A stretch of DNA of 64,000 nt, from positions 2,032,740 to 2,096,739 of the forward strand of contig OY969423.1 of assembly GCA_963699225.1 (NCBI GenBank), in the 5' to 3' direction. How positions within the stretch are numbered: position 1 is the stretch's first letter; every line of letters starts with the position of its first letter. The notes beneath the pieces were generated by a model. That model did no database searches. It was not told the DNA's origin and was given only the letters and a program-made list of their open reading frames with translations. Of this stretch, positions 35,794 through 45,308 are shown one piece after another. The stretch is from an uncultured Solirubrobacterales bacterium (GTDB taxonomy: Bacteria > Actinomycetota > Thermoleophilia > Solirubrobacterales > 70-9). The position numbers were made by a program, and so were the translations under genes.

Positions 35794-37833
35794 CACCTCG
35801 CGGTCGCCGCTGAGCAGGAAGCCGCCGGGCCCCTCGCCGAACAGGGCCTCCTCGGGCGAGCAGCCGCGTTCGCGCAGCGGCTGCAGATCGACCCGGCAGC
35901 CGAGGCCAGCGGCGATCGCCGACTCGGCCAGGGCACAGGTGAGCCCACCGTCGCTGACGTCGTGGGCGGAAGAGAGCTTGCCGGCGCGGACCGCGTCGCG
36001 GACGGTTGCGCAGGCCGCGGTCACCGCGGTGATGTCGGACCGCGGCAGGCCAACGTCGAGCTCGCCGCGCAGCTTGGTCAGCTCGGAGCCGGCCAGCGAG
36101 GGTTCGAAGGGGCCGAGCAGGGCGATCGCATCGCCCTCGCGCAGGAAGGCGCTGCCGCAAGCCTTCGCCGGGTCGGGCAGCTCGCCGACCATGGCGACCA
36201 CCGGGGTCGGGTAGATCGGGCCTTCCGGTCCCTCGTTATAAAGCGAGACGTTGCCGCCGACGACCGGCACGCCGAGCTGCTCGCAGGCCTCGGCCAAGCC
36301 GCTGACCGCTTGGTCGAGTTGCCAGGCGGGCGCCGGTTTCTCCGGATTGCCGAAGTTGAGGCAGTTGGTCAGGCCGAGCGGCTCAGCTCCGACGCAGGCG
36401 AGGTTCTGGGCGCACTCGAGCACCGCCTCGATCGTGCCGTTGTAGGGGTCGCAGGCGACCCGGCGGCCGTTGCCGTCGATCGAGACCGCGATCGCGTTGC
36501 CGGCCTCGGGGATCTGCAGCACCGCGGCATCGGCGGACTCGGGCCGGCGCACCGTGCGCGAGCCGACCACCGAGTCGTACTGCTCGAAGGCCCAGCGCTT
36601 GGAGGCGATGCTGGGGGAGGCGAGCAGCGCGAGCAGGGTCTCCTCACTGGAGGCGTCGCCGGCGAGCGTCGCCCGGTTGCCGTACATCCACTCCTGCGGT
36701 TCGGCCGGCTCCAGGTCGTAGAGCGGGCAGCCGTCGACCAGTGCCTCGACCGGCATCTCGCCGACGACGTCGCCGTTGCGCAGGATGCGGATCTGGCCGG
36801 AATCCGTGACGACGCCGATCTCGGCCGAGCCGGTCTGCCATTTCTCGCAGACCGCGAGCACAGCGGCCACCTTGTCGGGCTCGACCACGGCGAGCATCCG
36901 CTCCTGCGACTCGGAGACCATGATCTCGAAGGGCTCCATGTCGGCCTCGCGCAGCGGCACCAGGGCTACGTCGAGGTCGATGCCGACGCCGCCGGCGGAT
37001 GCCATCTCACCGGCCGAGGAGGTCAGCCCGGCGGCGCCGAGGTCCTGCAGCGAGACCAGCAGCCCCTTCTCCAACAGCTCCAGACAGCACTCGAGCACCT
37101 TCGACTCCTCGAAGGGGTCGCCGATCTGCACCGTCGGGCGCTTCGCATCGTCGCCCTCGCCGAGCTCGGCCGAGGCCAGCACCGAGGCGCCGCCGATGCC
37201 GTCGCGCCCGGTTGAGGCGCCCATCAGCACGACCATGTTGCCGATCCCGGCGGCTGCGGCGCGGACCATGTCGGCCTTTTTGGCGATTCCCAGGCACATC
37301 GCGTTGACCAGGCAGTTGTGCTCGTAGGGAGCCTCGAAGTAGATCTCGCCACCGACGTTGGGCACGCCGATCGAGTTGCCGTAATGGCCGATTCCGCGCA
37401 CGGCGCCGTCGAGCAGGTGGCGCGAGCGGACCGAGTCGAGCTCGCCGAAGCGCAGCGAGTCGAGGATCGCGATCGGCCGCGCGCCGATCGCGAAGACGTC
37501 GCGGAGGATGCCGCCCACCCCTGTCGCCGCGCCTTGGAAGGGTTCGACCGCGCTGGGGTGGTTGTGGGACTCGACCTTGAAGGCGATCGCGCGGCCGTTG
37601 CCGATGTCGACGGCGCCGGCGTTCTCGCCTGGGCCCATCACCACCCGCTCACCCTCGGTCGGCAGCCGCCGCAGCAGCTTGCGCGAGTGCTTGTAGGCGC
37701 AGTGCTCGGACCAGAGCAGGCTGAACATCGCCAGCTCGACCGCATTGGGCTCGCGGCCGAGCTTCTCGACGATCAGCTCGAACTCGGAATCGGTCAGCCC
37801 CAGCTCGCGGTGCTTGGCGAGCTCGACCGTCAC
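35644..37833 (-). CDS. purL: phosphoribosylformylglycinamidine synthase subunit PurL
   Basis: 729 aa. EHCAYKHS...VESHNHPS...GGILRDV are typical small-PurL motifs. The operon order is purS-purQ-purL. Confidence 0.95.
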   Translation of the reverse strand: MTVELAKHRELGLTDSEFELIVEKLGREPNAVELAMFSLLWSEHCAYKHSRKLLRRLPTEGERVVMGPGENAGAVDIGNGRAIAFKVESHNHPSAVEPFQGAATGVGGILRDVFAIGARPIAILDSLRFGELDSVRSRHLLDGAVRGIGHYGNSIGVPNVGGEIYFEAPYEHNCLVNAMCLGIAKKADMVRAAAAGIGNMVVLMGASTGRDGIGGASVLASAELGEGDDAKRPTVQIGDPFEESKVLECCLELLEKGLLVSLQDLGAAGLTSSAGEMASAGGVGIDLDVALVPLREADMEPFEIMVSESQERMLAVVEPDKVAAVLAVCEKWQTGSAEIGVVTDSGQIRILRNGDVVGEMPVEALVDGCPLYDLEPAEPQEWMYGNRATLAGDASSEETLLALLASPSIASKRWAFEQYDSVVGSRTVRRPESADAAVLQIPEAGNAIAVSIDGNGRRVACDPYNGTIEAVLECAQNLACVGAEPLGLTNCLNFGNPEKPAPAWQLDQAVSGLAEACEQLGVPVVGGNVSLYNEGPEGPIYPTPVVAMVGELPDPAKACGSAFLREGDAIALLGPFEPSLAGSELTKLRGELDVGLPRSDITAVTAACATVRDAVRAGKLSSAHDVSDGGLTCALAESAIAAGLGCRVDLQPLRERGCSPEEALFGEGPGGFLLSGDREVLNALGATLIGEVGGSTIEVAAGDRSFTVGVGAAESAWLSLSSQAEHGGT

Positions 37834-38507
37834 GCCGCCGCTCCCGCCGCGGCGACGGCCTCGAAGACCCGCAGCCCGTCCGTCGATCCCGTCAACGGAT
37901 CGACCGCGTGCTCGGGGTGCGGCATAAGGCCGACCACGTTGCCGGCCTCGTTGCGCACGCCGGCGATGTCCCGCGCCGACCCGTTCGGGTTCTGCCCCGG
38001 CGCGTAGCGGTATGCGACCTGCCCGTTCGCCTCGAGCGCATCGAGCACCTCATCCGGCGCGAAGTAGCGGCCTTCGCCGTGCTTGGCCGGAATCGATAGC
38101 TGCCGAGTGGTCGGTTGACCCACCTCGGTGGTGGTCAATCGACCACTCGGCTCCTCGATCAGGTCGAGCTGGCGGCAGGTGAAGCGCATGCTCTCGTTGA
38201 GCAGCAGCGCGCCGGGCAGCAGGCCTGCCTCGCAGAGGACCTGGAAGCCGTTGCAGATGCCGAGCACCGGGCCGCCGCTCGCGGCGAACTCGGCCACTGC
38301 CTCCATCGCCGGCGAGAAGCGGGCGATCGCGCCGGCCCGCAGGTAGTCGCCGTAGGAGAAGCCGCCCGGGACGACGACGGCGTCGATCCCATCGAGGTAA
38401 CGCTCTTCGTGCCAGACCAGTCGCGCCTTGGCGCCGGTTCGCTCACAGGCATTGAGGGCGTCGCGCTCGTCGCAGGAGCCGGGGAACTGGAGCACTCCCC
38501 AGCGCAT
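37830..38507 (-). CDS. purQ: phosphoribosylformylglycinamidine synthase glutaminase subunit PurQ
   Basis: VVVPGGFSYGDYLR...GICNGFQVL (nucleophile Cys)...MPHPE. 225 aa. Confidence 0.95.
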   Translation of the reverse strand: MRWGVLQFPGSCDERDALNACERTGAKARLVWHEERYLDGIDAVVVPGGFSYGDYLRAGAIARFSPAMEAVAEFAASGGPVLGICNGFQVLCEAGLLPGALLLNESMRFTCRQLDLIEEPSGRLTTTEVGQPTTRQLSIPAKHGEGRYFAPDEVLDALEANGQVAYRYAPGQNPNGSARDIAGVRNEAGNVVGLMPHPEHAVDPLTGSTDGLRVFEAVAAAGAAA

Positions 38508-38743
38508 CAGGCGGCGCCGTCTAGCTGCTCGATCTCGTAGTCCTCGATCAGCGGGTTGGCGAGCAGCTTCTCGCAGAGCTCGCCCAGCCGCTCCGGGTCC
38601 TCGGCTTCCAGCTCGACCATGCGGCCGACCCGCACGTGCTCGATTCCCTCGAAGCCGAGCGCCGGCAGCGCCCGCTCGACCGCCTTGCCCTGTGGGTCGA
38701 GGATCCCCTCCTTCGGGCGGATCAAGACCCTCGCTCGCGGCAC
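38507..38743 (-). CDS. purS: phosphoribosylformylglycinamidine synthase subunit PurS
   Basis: 78 aa. VLIRPKEGILDPQGKAVERAL is the typical PurS signature. Confidence 0.9.
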   Translation of the reverse strand: MPRARVLIRPKEGILDPQGKAVERALPALGFEGIEHVRVGRMVELEAEDPERLGELCEKLLANPLIEDYEIEQLDGAA

Positions 38744-39591
38744 TAGAAGGACAGCTCCGTGATCCGCTCGTAGGCCTCGACGTACTTGGCCCGCGTCTGC
38801 TCGACCACGTCGGGCGGAATCTCAGGGGCCGGCGGGGTCTTGTCCCAGCCGCTCTCGGTCGCCCAGTCGCGCACGTACTGCTTGTCGAAGGAAGGCTGTG
38901 TGCTGCCCGGCTGGTAACGGTCAGCGGGCCAGAAGCGCGAGGAGTCGGGCGTCAGCACCTCGTCGGCGAGAACGATCTCGGCGCCGGCGTGGCGGCCGAA
39001 CTCGAACTTGGTGTCGGCGAGGATGATCCCGCGCTCGGCCGCGTGTTCGGATCCACGCTCGTAGACCTCGATCGAGATCCTCCGCAGCTCCTCCATCAGC
39101 GCTCGGTCGCCGACGATCTCGGCGGCGCGGTCGAAGTCGACGTTCTCGTCGTGGTCGCCGATCTCGGCCTTGGTCGCCGGGGTGAAGATCGGCTCCGGCA
39201 GCTTGTCGGACTCGAGCAGGTTGGGAGGTAGCTCGATCCCACAGACGGCGCCGCCGTTCTTGTATTCCTTCCAGCCCGAGCCAGAGAGGTAGCCGCGCAC
39301 GACGCACTCGACCGGGTACATCTCCAGCCGCCGCACCCGCATCGCCCGTTCCGCCACCTCTTCCGGCACATCGGCCGAGATGAAGTGGTTGGGGACGATG
39401 TCGCCGATCAGCTCGAACCAGAATTCGGAGATCCGGTTGAGCACCTTGCCCTTGTCGGTGATCGCCGTCGGCATCACGATGTCGTAGATCGAGATCCGGT
39501 CGGAGGCGACCATCAGCAGGTCGTCATCCCACTCGTAGATCTCGCGGACCTTGCCGGAGGAGTGGAGCTTCAAATCGGTGAGGGGTGGCAT
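38743..39591 (-). CDS. purC: SAICAR synthase
   Basis: ATG 39591 gives MPPLTDLKLHSSGKVREIYEWDDDLLMVASDRISIYD...ILADTKFEFG, which are PurC motifs. The longer ORF to 39720 is unsupported. Confidence 0.9.
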   Translation of the reverse strand: MPPLTDLKLHSSGKVREIYEWDDDLLMVASDRISIYDIVMPTAITDKGKVLNRISEFWFELIGDIVPNHFISADVPEEVAERAMRVRRLEMYPVECVVRGYLSGSGWKEYKNGGAVCGIELPPNLLESDKLPEPIFTPATKAEIGDHDENVDFDRAAEIVGDRALMEELRRISIEVYERGSEHAAERGIILADTKFEFGRHAGAEIVLADEVLTPDSSRFWPADRYQPGSTQPSFDKQYVRDWATESGWDKTPPAPEIPPDVVEQTRAKYVEAYERITELSF

Positions 39592-39636
39592 TGGCGCGAT
39601 GCTAGCGAGGAGCGCGGCGTGGCTGAACCGAGCCTT

Positions 39637-39660
39637 CATACTGGCTGGGCAGCCAGTATG
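39637..39660. promoter_or_regulatory. 24-bp near-perfect palindrome immediately upstream of the P450 start codon
   Basis: CATACTGGCTG-GG-CAGCCAGTATG (11-bp perfect arms) ends 2 nt before ATG 39663, in the purC/P450 divergent spacer. Confidence 0.4.
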
Positions 39661-39662
39661 CG

Positions 39663-41006
39663 ATGCTTGCCGCCGTGACCCTGCCGCCCGAACCAAAGAG
39701 CTCGCCCCTAGTACAGACACTCAGGTGGAGCTTCCGGCCACTGCCTTTCATGCAGGAGGCGCGGGAAAAGTACGGCGACAACTTCAGCGTCAAATTCCTC
39801 ACCTTCGAGCGGCCGATGGTGATGATCTCCGACCCGGCCGCGATCAAGGCGCTCTACATGGAGCGCTCGCACGGCTTGCCGCCGGGCCGCGACATCATCC
39901 TCACCCCGATCGTCGGGCCCCGCTCGTTGCTGGTCACCAAGGGCGCCGACCACCTCGCCCACCGCAAGCTGATGCTGCCCCCCTTCCACGGCGAGCGGAT
40001 GCGTTCCTACCAGCCGCTGGTCGAGGAGATCGTCGATCGCGAGATCGACTCCTGGCCGCTCGGCGAGGAGTTCCCGATCCACCCGCGGATGCAGGCGATC
40101 ACGCTCGAGGTCATCCTCAAGGTCGTCTTCGGCGTCGCCGACGGCCCCCGCTTCGAGCGCCTGCGCACCGTCCTCACCCAAGTGCTGGAGGAGACCGCCT
40201 CGCCAGTGGCCCAGCTGAGCGGATTGGCCTCGCGCCGCTTCGGCGGCCGCGGGCCCTGGGCCAAGTTCGAAAAGCAGCTGAAGCTGGCCGACGAGCTGCT
40301 CTACGCCGAGATCGCCGAGCACCGCGCCAGCGGCGCCTACGAGGAGCGCGAGGACATCCTCTCGCTGATGATGCAGGCCCGTTTCGACGATGGCAGCGAG
40401 ATGAGCGACTCCGACCTGCGCGACCAGCTGATGACCCTGCTGCTGGCCGGCCACGAGACCACCGCCACGGCCCTGGCCTGGACCTTCGACCTCCTCCTTC
40501 GCCACCAGGGGCCGCTGCAGCGCCTGCGTGAGTCGCTCGAGGCGGGCGAGGAGGACTACCTGCGCGCCGTGATCAGCGAGTCGCTGCGCCTGCGTCCGGT
40601 CGTTCCGCTCGCTGGCCGCCGCCTCAGCGTCGACCTCGAGACCGAGAACCTGCACCTTCCCGCCGGCACCGACGTGACGCCGGCGATCTGGCTCACACAC
40701 ACTCGCGCCGAGTCTTATCCCGAGCCCTTCGCTTTCCGTCCCGAGCGCTTCCTCGAGGACGGCCCCGACACCTACGCCTGGATCCCCTTCGGCGGCGGCA
40801 TCCGCCGCTGCATCGGCGCCGCTTTCGCCGAGTTCGAGATGCGGATCGTCCTGCGCGAGGTGTTGACCCGCTGCGAGCTGCACAAGGCCAGCCCGGCGCC
40901 GGAGAAAATCGGCCGCCGCAACATCACCCTCTCGCCGCGCGCTGGCACCCCTGTTGTCGTCACCGCACGCCACCCGGCGCGCGAGCGCGATTTGGTCGCC
41001 GCTTAG
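39663..41006 (+). CDS. cytochrome P450
   Basis: Heme-binding loop FGGGIRRCIGAAFA. I-helix LLLAGHETTA. ExxR (ESLRLRP). Confidence 0.9.
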   Translation: MLAAVTLPPEPKSSPLVQTLRWSFRPLPFMQEAREKYGDNFSVKFLTFERPMVMISDPAAIKALYMERSHGLPPGRDIILTPIVGPRSLLVTKGADHLAHRKLMLPPFHGERMRSYQPLVEEIVDREIDSWPLGEEFPIHPRMQAITLEVILKVVFGVADGPRFERLRTVLTQVLEETASPVAQLSGLASRRFGGRGPWAKFEKQLKLADELLYAEIAEHRASGAYEEREDILSLMMQARFDDGSEMSDSDLRDQLMTLLLAGHETTATALAWTFDLLLRHQGPLQRLRESLEAGEEDYLRAVISESLRLRPVVPLAGRRLSVDLETENLHLPAGTDVTPAIWLTHTRAESYPEPFAFRPERFLEDGPDTYAWIPFGGGIRRCIGAAFAEFEMRIVLREVLTRCELHKASPAPEKIGRRNITLSPRAGTPVVVTARHPARERDLVAA

Positions 41007-41305
41007 ATCTTCGCCGCCGCGTGTGCCGCAGGATGCTCCTGTGCCCAGCGCTCGATCGTGCTCGAGCCGGAGATCACTTCGCCGTCGTCGAGGACGAGGA
41101 TCGGCACCTCGTTGGTGCCGCTCAGCTCCTTCACCTCGGCCCGGTCCTCATCACGGCTGCCCCAGGTCCAGGGCATCAGCCGGTACCCGCCCATCACCTT
41201 CAGCTCGTAGGTGTAGCCGGCCGCGTCGAGCGCCTTGCCCGCCTTCGCGCACGGATGCGCAAACGCCGGCCCGGTTGTCTTCTGTCCGCAGGTGTAGAGG
41301 AGCAC
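41003..41305 (-). CDS. glutaredoxin-like / GST N-terminal domain protein
   Basis: GTG 41305 lies just after the upstream stop. The product is MLLYTCGQKTTGPAFAHPCAKAGKALDAAGYTYELKVMGG...VKELSGTNEVPILVLDDGEVISGSSTIERWAQEHP, a thioredoxin-fold pattern seen in actinobacterial GST_N-like small proteins. Confidence 0.6.
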   Translation of the reverse strand: MLLYTCGQKTTGPAFAHPCAKAGKALDAAGYTYELKVMGGYRLMPWTWGSRDEDRAEVKELSGTNEVPILVLDDGEVISGSSTIERWAQEHPAAHAAAKI

Positions 41306-41315
41306 GGCGGACAGC

Positions 41316-42770
41316 CTAGAGGGCAAGGGCTGCCAGCACCTCATCGGCAGCGCGCTCGCCGGACTGGACGGCGCCGTCCATGTAGCCACTCCAGATGGTC
41401 GCCGTCTCGGCGCCGGCCCAGTGGATCGGGCCGATCGGCGCGCGCAGGGCACGGCCGTATTCGGTCCAGCCACCGGTGGTCATCAGGCAGCCGTAACAGC
41501 CGCGCGTCCACTCCTCCTCCGCCCAGACTCGCTCGATGAAGCGCTCCGGTCGTGCCGCCTGCGCGCCGAAGAGGCGGGCGTGGCCGGAGAGGATCGCCGC
41601 GCGCCGCTCGGCCGCGGGCCGAGCGCCCCACTGCCGCGCCAGTCGCCCCTCGAGGAAGCCGAGCAGGACACCGGGGCTGCCGTCGGGCGGCGAGTTGTCG
41701 AAGACGACGCGAGCCGGCCCGCCGTCGCTCGCCGCTTGCCCTGAGAGGCCTTCCTCGCGCCAGAAGGGGCGCTCGTAGATCGCCATCGTCTTGATCACCG
41801 TGCCCTGTGGCATGCGCTGGGTCAGCTGGTCGCGCCGAGCCGGCAGCGGTGGGTCATAGGTGATCCGCCCGGCCAGGGTCGGCGGCACGGCGACGATCGC
41901 GCGGCGCGCGCGCAGGGTCAGGCCGCTCGGTCCATCAGCCACCCCGCCGGCGTGCAGGACGACGCCACCGGGGCCATGCTCGATCCGCTGCACCGGCGCC
42001 GCCAAGCGCACGCGTCCCTTGCCCAGCTGCTCGGCCATCAGCAGCGCCAGCCGTTGCGAGCCGCCGTGGAAGCGGTCCTGCTGGGCGCCCCCGTCGGTGC
42101 CGAGCAGCGTGTTGAAGCCGCTGCCCGAGCGCGTATAGAAGAGGACGTGCAGCAGCGAGACGTCGCTCGGCTCCGCTGCCCAGACGGCCTCGGTGGCGAG
42201 CTCGAAGAGCGTACGGGCGGCAGTCGTGCGGGTGTTGCGCCGCACCCAGGTGGCAAAGGTCTGGCCATCCCAGTCGAGCGCCTTCTCCGCCAGCCACGGC
42301 TCCTCCAGCGGCACGCTTCGCGCCATCCGGTCGAGCCGGGCGCGGGCCTGTTCGTAGTCGATCAGCGCCAGCGGCGAGATCGCCCGCGCGAGGTCCCGGA
42401 CCAGGCGCGGGCTGGCGTCGGTGATCGGCCCGGAGTAGGAGGTCAGCTTGCCCCCGATCTCGATCAGGTGCCGCCCTTCGTCATAGGTCGGGAAGGTCTC
42501 GACGCCTAGCTCGACCGCGAGCGCCGCGATCCGCTCCTGGGTCGGGCCGATCCACTGGCCGCCGACCTCGACCACCTTGCCCTCACCGATCTCCTCGTTG
42601 AGCAGCCTGCCGCCGACCCGGTCGCGAGCCTCGACCACGATCGGCTCCATCCCGGCAGCGAGGAGCCGACGGGCGGCGACGAGCCCGGCGAGCCCGGCGC
42701 CGACGATCGCGATGTCCGCCTCGATCCCGCTTTGCGCTCCATGCTCCACCGACAACGAGCCTAACTCCAC
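41316..42770 (-). CDS. flavin-containing amine oxidase
   Basis: DIAIVGAGLAGLVAARRLLAAGMEPIVVEARDRVGGR (FAD GxGxxG...E..R.GGR). The C-terminus reads HWAGAETATIWSGYMDGAVQSG. GTG start; position uncertain. Confidence 0.85.
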   Translation of the reverse strand: MELGSLSVEHGAQSGIEADIAIVGAGLAGLVAARRLLAAGMEPIVVEARDRVGGRLLNEEIGEGKVVEVGGQWIGPTQERIAALAVELGVETFPTYDEGRHLIEIGGKLTSYSGPITDASPRLVRDLARAISPLALIDYEQARARLDRMARSVPLEEPWLAEKALDWDGQTFATWVRRNTRTTAARTLFELATEAVWAAEPSDVSLLHVLFYTRSGSGFNTLLGTDGGAQQDRFHGGSQRLALLMAEQLGKGRVRLAAPVQRIEHGPGGVVLHAGGVADGPSGLTLRARRAIVAVPPTLAGRITYDPPLPARRDQLTQRMPQGTVIKTMAIYERPFWREEGLSGQAASDGGPARVVFDNSPPDGSPGVLLGFLEGRLARQWGARPAAERRAAILSGHARLFGAQAARPERFIERVWAEEEWTRGCYGCLMTTGGWTEYGRALRAPIGPIHWAGAETATIWSGYMDGAVQSGERAADEVLAALAL

Positions 42771-42777
42771 GGCCTAT

Positions 42778-43071
42778 ATGGGCATCAGGAACGGATGCTA
42801 CGATCGTCGCACTATCGTAGAAATAGCGACACGTGACCTGCGGAACAAAACCGCTGATCTGCTCAAGCGCGTCGAGGCGGGCGAGAGCATGGTGATTACG
42901 GTCCGGGGTAAGCCGGTCGCCGATCTGGTTCCACACAAGAGCGAGCCTCGCTGGCTTACGCCTGAGGACGTGCTCGCGATTCGCGAAATTGCTGATCGCG
43001 ATCCTACGTTTGGGGCTGACATACGCCGCCTGACCGAAGGAACGACCGACGAATTGGGCCCGATCTGGTGA
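42778..43071 (+). CDS. type II antitoxin (Phd/YefM-like) of a VapBC-type pair
   Basis: IATRDLRNKTADLLKRVEAGESMVITVRGKPVADLVP is a Phd/YefM-type N-terminus. The stop overlaps the toxin start (GTGA). The start is uncertain. Confidence 0.7.
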   Translation: MGIRNGCYDRRTIVEIATRDLRNKTADLLKRVEAGESMVITVRGKPVADLVPHKSEPRWLTPEDVLAIREIADRDPTFGADIRRLTEGTTDELGPIW

Positions 43072-43478
43072 CCTCCAAGCGCCCCTCGGTTGGTCTGATC
43101 GACACATCCGTTCTGGTTGCAGTTGAGAAGGGTCGCCCGTTGCGAGAGGAGGCGCTTCCCGAACGTTCCGCTGTCTCGATCGTCACCGTTGCCGAGCTAC
43201 GCGCCGGCGTCTTGGCTGCACCAGATATCGAAAGCCGGGATCGACGTATGACGACCCTCGAAGGGGTTGCAGGGGTCACTATTCTGCCGGTCGAAGCAAG
43301 GGTGGCCCGCGCCTGGGCGGCGATGCGCGCATACCTCGTGGCATCAGAGCGGCGAGTTGGTGTAAACGATCTATGGATAGCCGCGACGGCCGCAGCGCAC
43401 GGGATGCCGGTACTTACCCAAGATGGCGACTTCGATGCTCTCTCGGGCGTTGAAGGTCTGACCGTGATCCCGGTCTAG
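43068..43478 (+). CDS. vapC: PIN-domain toxin
   Basis: VGLIDTSVLVAVEKG...TVAELRAG...NDLWIAATAAAHGMPVLTQDGDFD carries the PIN acidic residues (D..E..D..D). 136 aa. Lower GC than the flanks. Confidence 0.85.
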   Translation: MTSKRPSVGLIDTSVLVAVEKGRPLREEALPERSAVSIVTVAELRAGVLAAPDIESRDRRMTTLEGVAGVTILPVEARVARAWAAMRAYLVASERRVGVNDLWIAATAAAHGMPVLTQDGDFDALSGVEGLTVIPV

Positions 43479-43492
43479 CCGGTCCGAGCGAC

Positions 43493-44779
43493 TCAGCCGC
43501 GCAGCGCTTCCAGCCGCTCGAAGATCTCGGGCAGATGGGTGAGGTAGGAGCTGTAGTCGAAGACGGCATCGAGGTCGAGCTCGGGAGCCGCCTTGCCGAG
43601 AAGCTCGCGGAAGTGGGTACCGCTGTCCCATGCCTGCTGGGCGTTCTCCTGGACGACGCGGTAGGCCTCGTCGCGGGTGAGGCCGGACTCGACCAGGGCG
43701 GTGAGGGCGCGCTGGCTGAAGAGGGCGCCGTGGGTGAGCTCGAGGTTCTCGCGCATGCGGTCCTCGCGCACAGTCATCCCACTGACGACCTTGGTCGCCA
43801 GGTCCTGCATGTAGTCGAGGCCGATCGTCGCGTCGGGCAGGATCACCCGCTCGGCACCGGAGTGGGAGATGTCGCGCTCGTGCCAGAGGGCGACGTTCTC
43901 GAGCCCGGTCTGGGCGTAGCCGCGCAGGACCCGGGCGAGGCCGGTGATCCGCTCGGTGCGGATCGGGTTGCGCTTGTGCGGCATCGCCGATGAGCCCTTC
44001 TGCGCCCCCGAGGCAAACGGCTCTTCGACCTCGCGCACCTCGGTCCGCTGCAGGTTGCGGACCTCGGTGGCGAAACGCTCGAGACCAGCGCCGGCGATCG
44101 CGACCCGCGAGGTGAGCACGGCGTGGCGGTCGCGGGGAATTACCTGCGTCGCCACATCCTCGCGCTGCAGGCCGAGCCGCTCCATCACCCGCGCCTCGAC
44201 CGCGGGCGGCACCGAGGCGTAGGTGCCGACCGCGCCCGAGAGCTTGCCGAAGGCGAGCTGCTCGAAGGCATCGGTCAGCCGGCCCAGGTTGCGGTCGGCC
44301 TCGAAGGCGAAGCCGGCCAATCGCAGGCCGAAGGTGGTCGGCTCGGCGTGGACGCCGTGGGTGCGGCCGACGCAGAGCGTGTCGCGGTGCTCGAGCGCCC
44401 GCTCAACCAGCGCGTCGCGGTAGGCGCGGGCACTTGCCAGCACGACCTCGCCCGCCTCGCGCAGCTGCAGAGCCAGCGCCGTGTCGAGCACGTCGGAGGA
44501 GGTCAGCCCGTAGTGGATCCAGCGCCCGTGCTCGCCCACCGAGGCGGCGACGACGTCGACGAAGGCGGCGACGTCGTGGTCGGTCACCTTCTCGCGCTCG
44601 TTGACCGCCTCGACCGTGAAGGCGGCGTTTGCCCGCGCTGCCCCGGCCGCCTCGCGCGGCACCGCGCCCTCCTCGGCCCAAGCCTCCGTCGCGGCGAGCT
44701 CAACCTCCAGCCAGCACTCGAACTTGCGCTGTGGAGACCAGACCGCGCCGATCTCAGGCCGCGTGTACCTCGGGATCAC
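43493..44779 (-). CDS. purB: adenylosuccinate lyase
   Basis: GLTSSDVLDT...GSSAMPHKRNP is the fumarate-lyase signature (SSxMPxKxN). 428 aa. Confidence 0.95.
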   Translation of the reverse strand: MIPRYTRPEIGAVWSPQRKFECWLEVELAATEAWAEEGAVPREAAGAARANAAFTVEAVNEREKVTDHDVAAFVDVVAASVGEHGRWIHYGLTSSDVLDTALALQLREAGEVVLASARAYRDALVERALEHRDTLCVGRTHGVHAEPTTFGLRLAGFAFEADRNLGRLTDAFEQLAFGKLSGAVGTYASVPPAVEARVMERLGLQREDVATQVIPRDRHAVLTSRVAIAGAGLERFATEVRNLQRTEVREVEEPFASGAQKGSSAMPHKRNPIRTERITGLARVLRGYAQTGLENVALWHERDISHSGAERVILPDATIGLDYMQDLATKVVSGMTVREDRMRENLELTHGALFSQRALTALVESGLTRDEAYRVVQENAQQAWDSGTHFRELLGKAAPELDLDAVFDYSSYLTHLPEIFERLEALRG

Positions 44780-45288
44780 GCGTTGATTATCCGGGCTGCG
44801 AGGATGCCGGCGTTTTTCGCCCCGTCGATCGCCACGCAGGCAACCGGGATCCCGGGCGGCATCTGCACGGCGGAGAGCAGCGCGTCGAGGCCACCGAGGG
44901 ATTTGCCGAGGATCGGCACGCCGACGACCGGCAGGTCGCTGTGGGCGGCGGCTACCCCCGGCAGGGCGGCGGACATGCCGGCACCGGCGATGATCACCTT
45001 CAGCCCCCGCATCCGCGCGTTGGTGCAGTACTCGCGCACCAGCTCGGGATCACGGTGAGCGCTCATCACCCGCACCTCGTAGCGAATCCCCGCCTCGTGC
45101 AGGGCCTTGCCCGCCGGCTGCATCTTCGGCTTGTCGTTCTTCGAGCCCATGATGATCCCGACCAGGGGCTCATCGACGTCAATTTCCTCGAAGGCCTCCT
45201 CGACCGCCGGCATCGCCAGCGCCTCGCCGACCTGCGGCTCGTTGGCTTCGCCTCCGGTGGGCTGGGGCTCCTCTGAAATCTCGCTCAT
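44776..45288 (-). CDS. purE: 5-(carboxyamino)imidazole ribonucleotide mutase with a ~40-aa acidic N-terminal extension
   Basis: ATG 45288 follows AGGAAGGAAGGG. VGIIMGSKNDKPKM...RVMSAHRDPE...IIAGAGMSAALPGV are PurE motifs. Confidence 0.9.
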   Translation of the reverse strand: MSEISEEPQPTGGEANEPQVGEALAMPAVEEAFEEIDVDEPLVGIIMGSKNDKPKMQPAGKALHEAGIRYEVRVMSAHRDPELVREYCTNARMRGLKVIIAGAGMSAALPGVAAAHSDLPVVGVPILGKSLGGLDALLSAVQMPPGIPVACVAIDGAKNAGILAARIINA

Positions 45289-45308
45289 CCCTTCCTTCCT
45301 ATGACTGG

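Noticed and set aside
38743-39720. The longer purC ORF starting at 39720.
   Set aside because: The extra 43 residues (MSVLGASSLVRAAGSRRQASHTGCP...) have no PurC counterpart and would cross the divergent P450 promoter region. ATG 39591 gives the canonical N-terminus.
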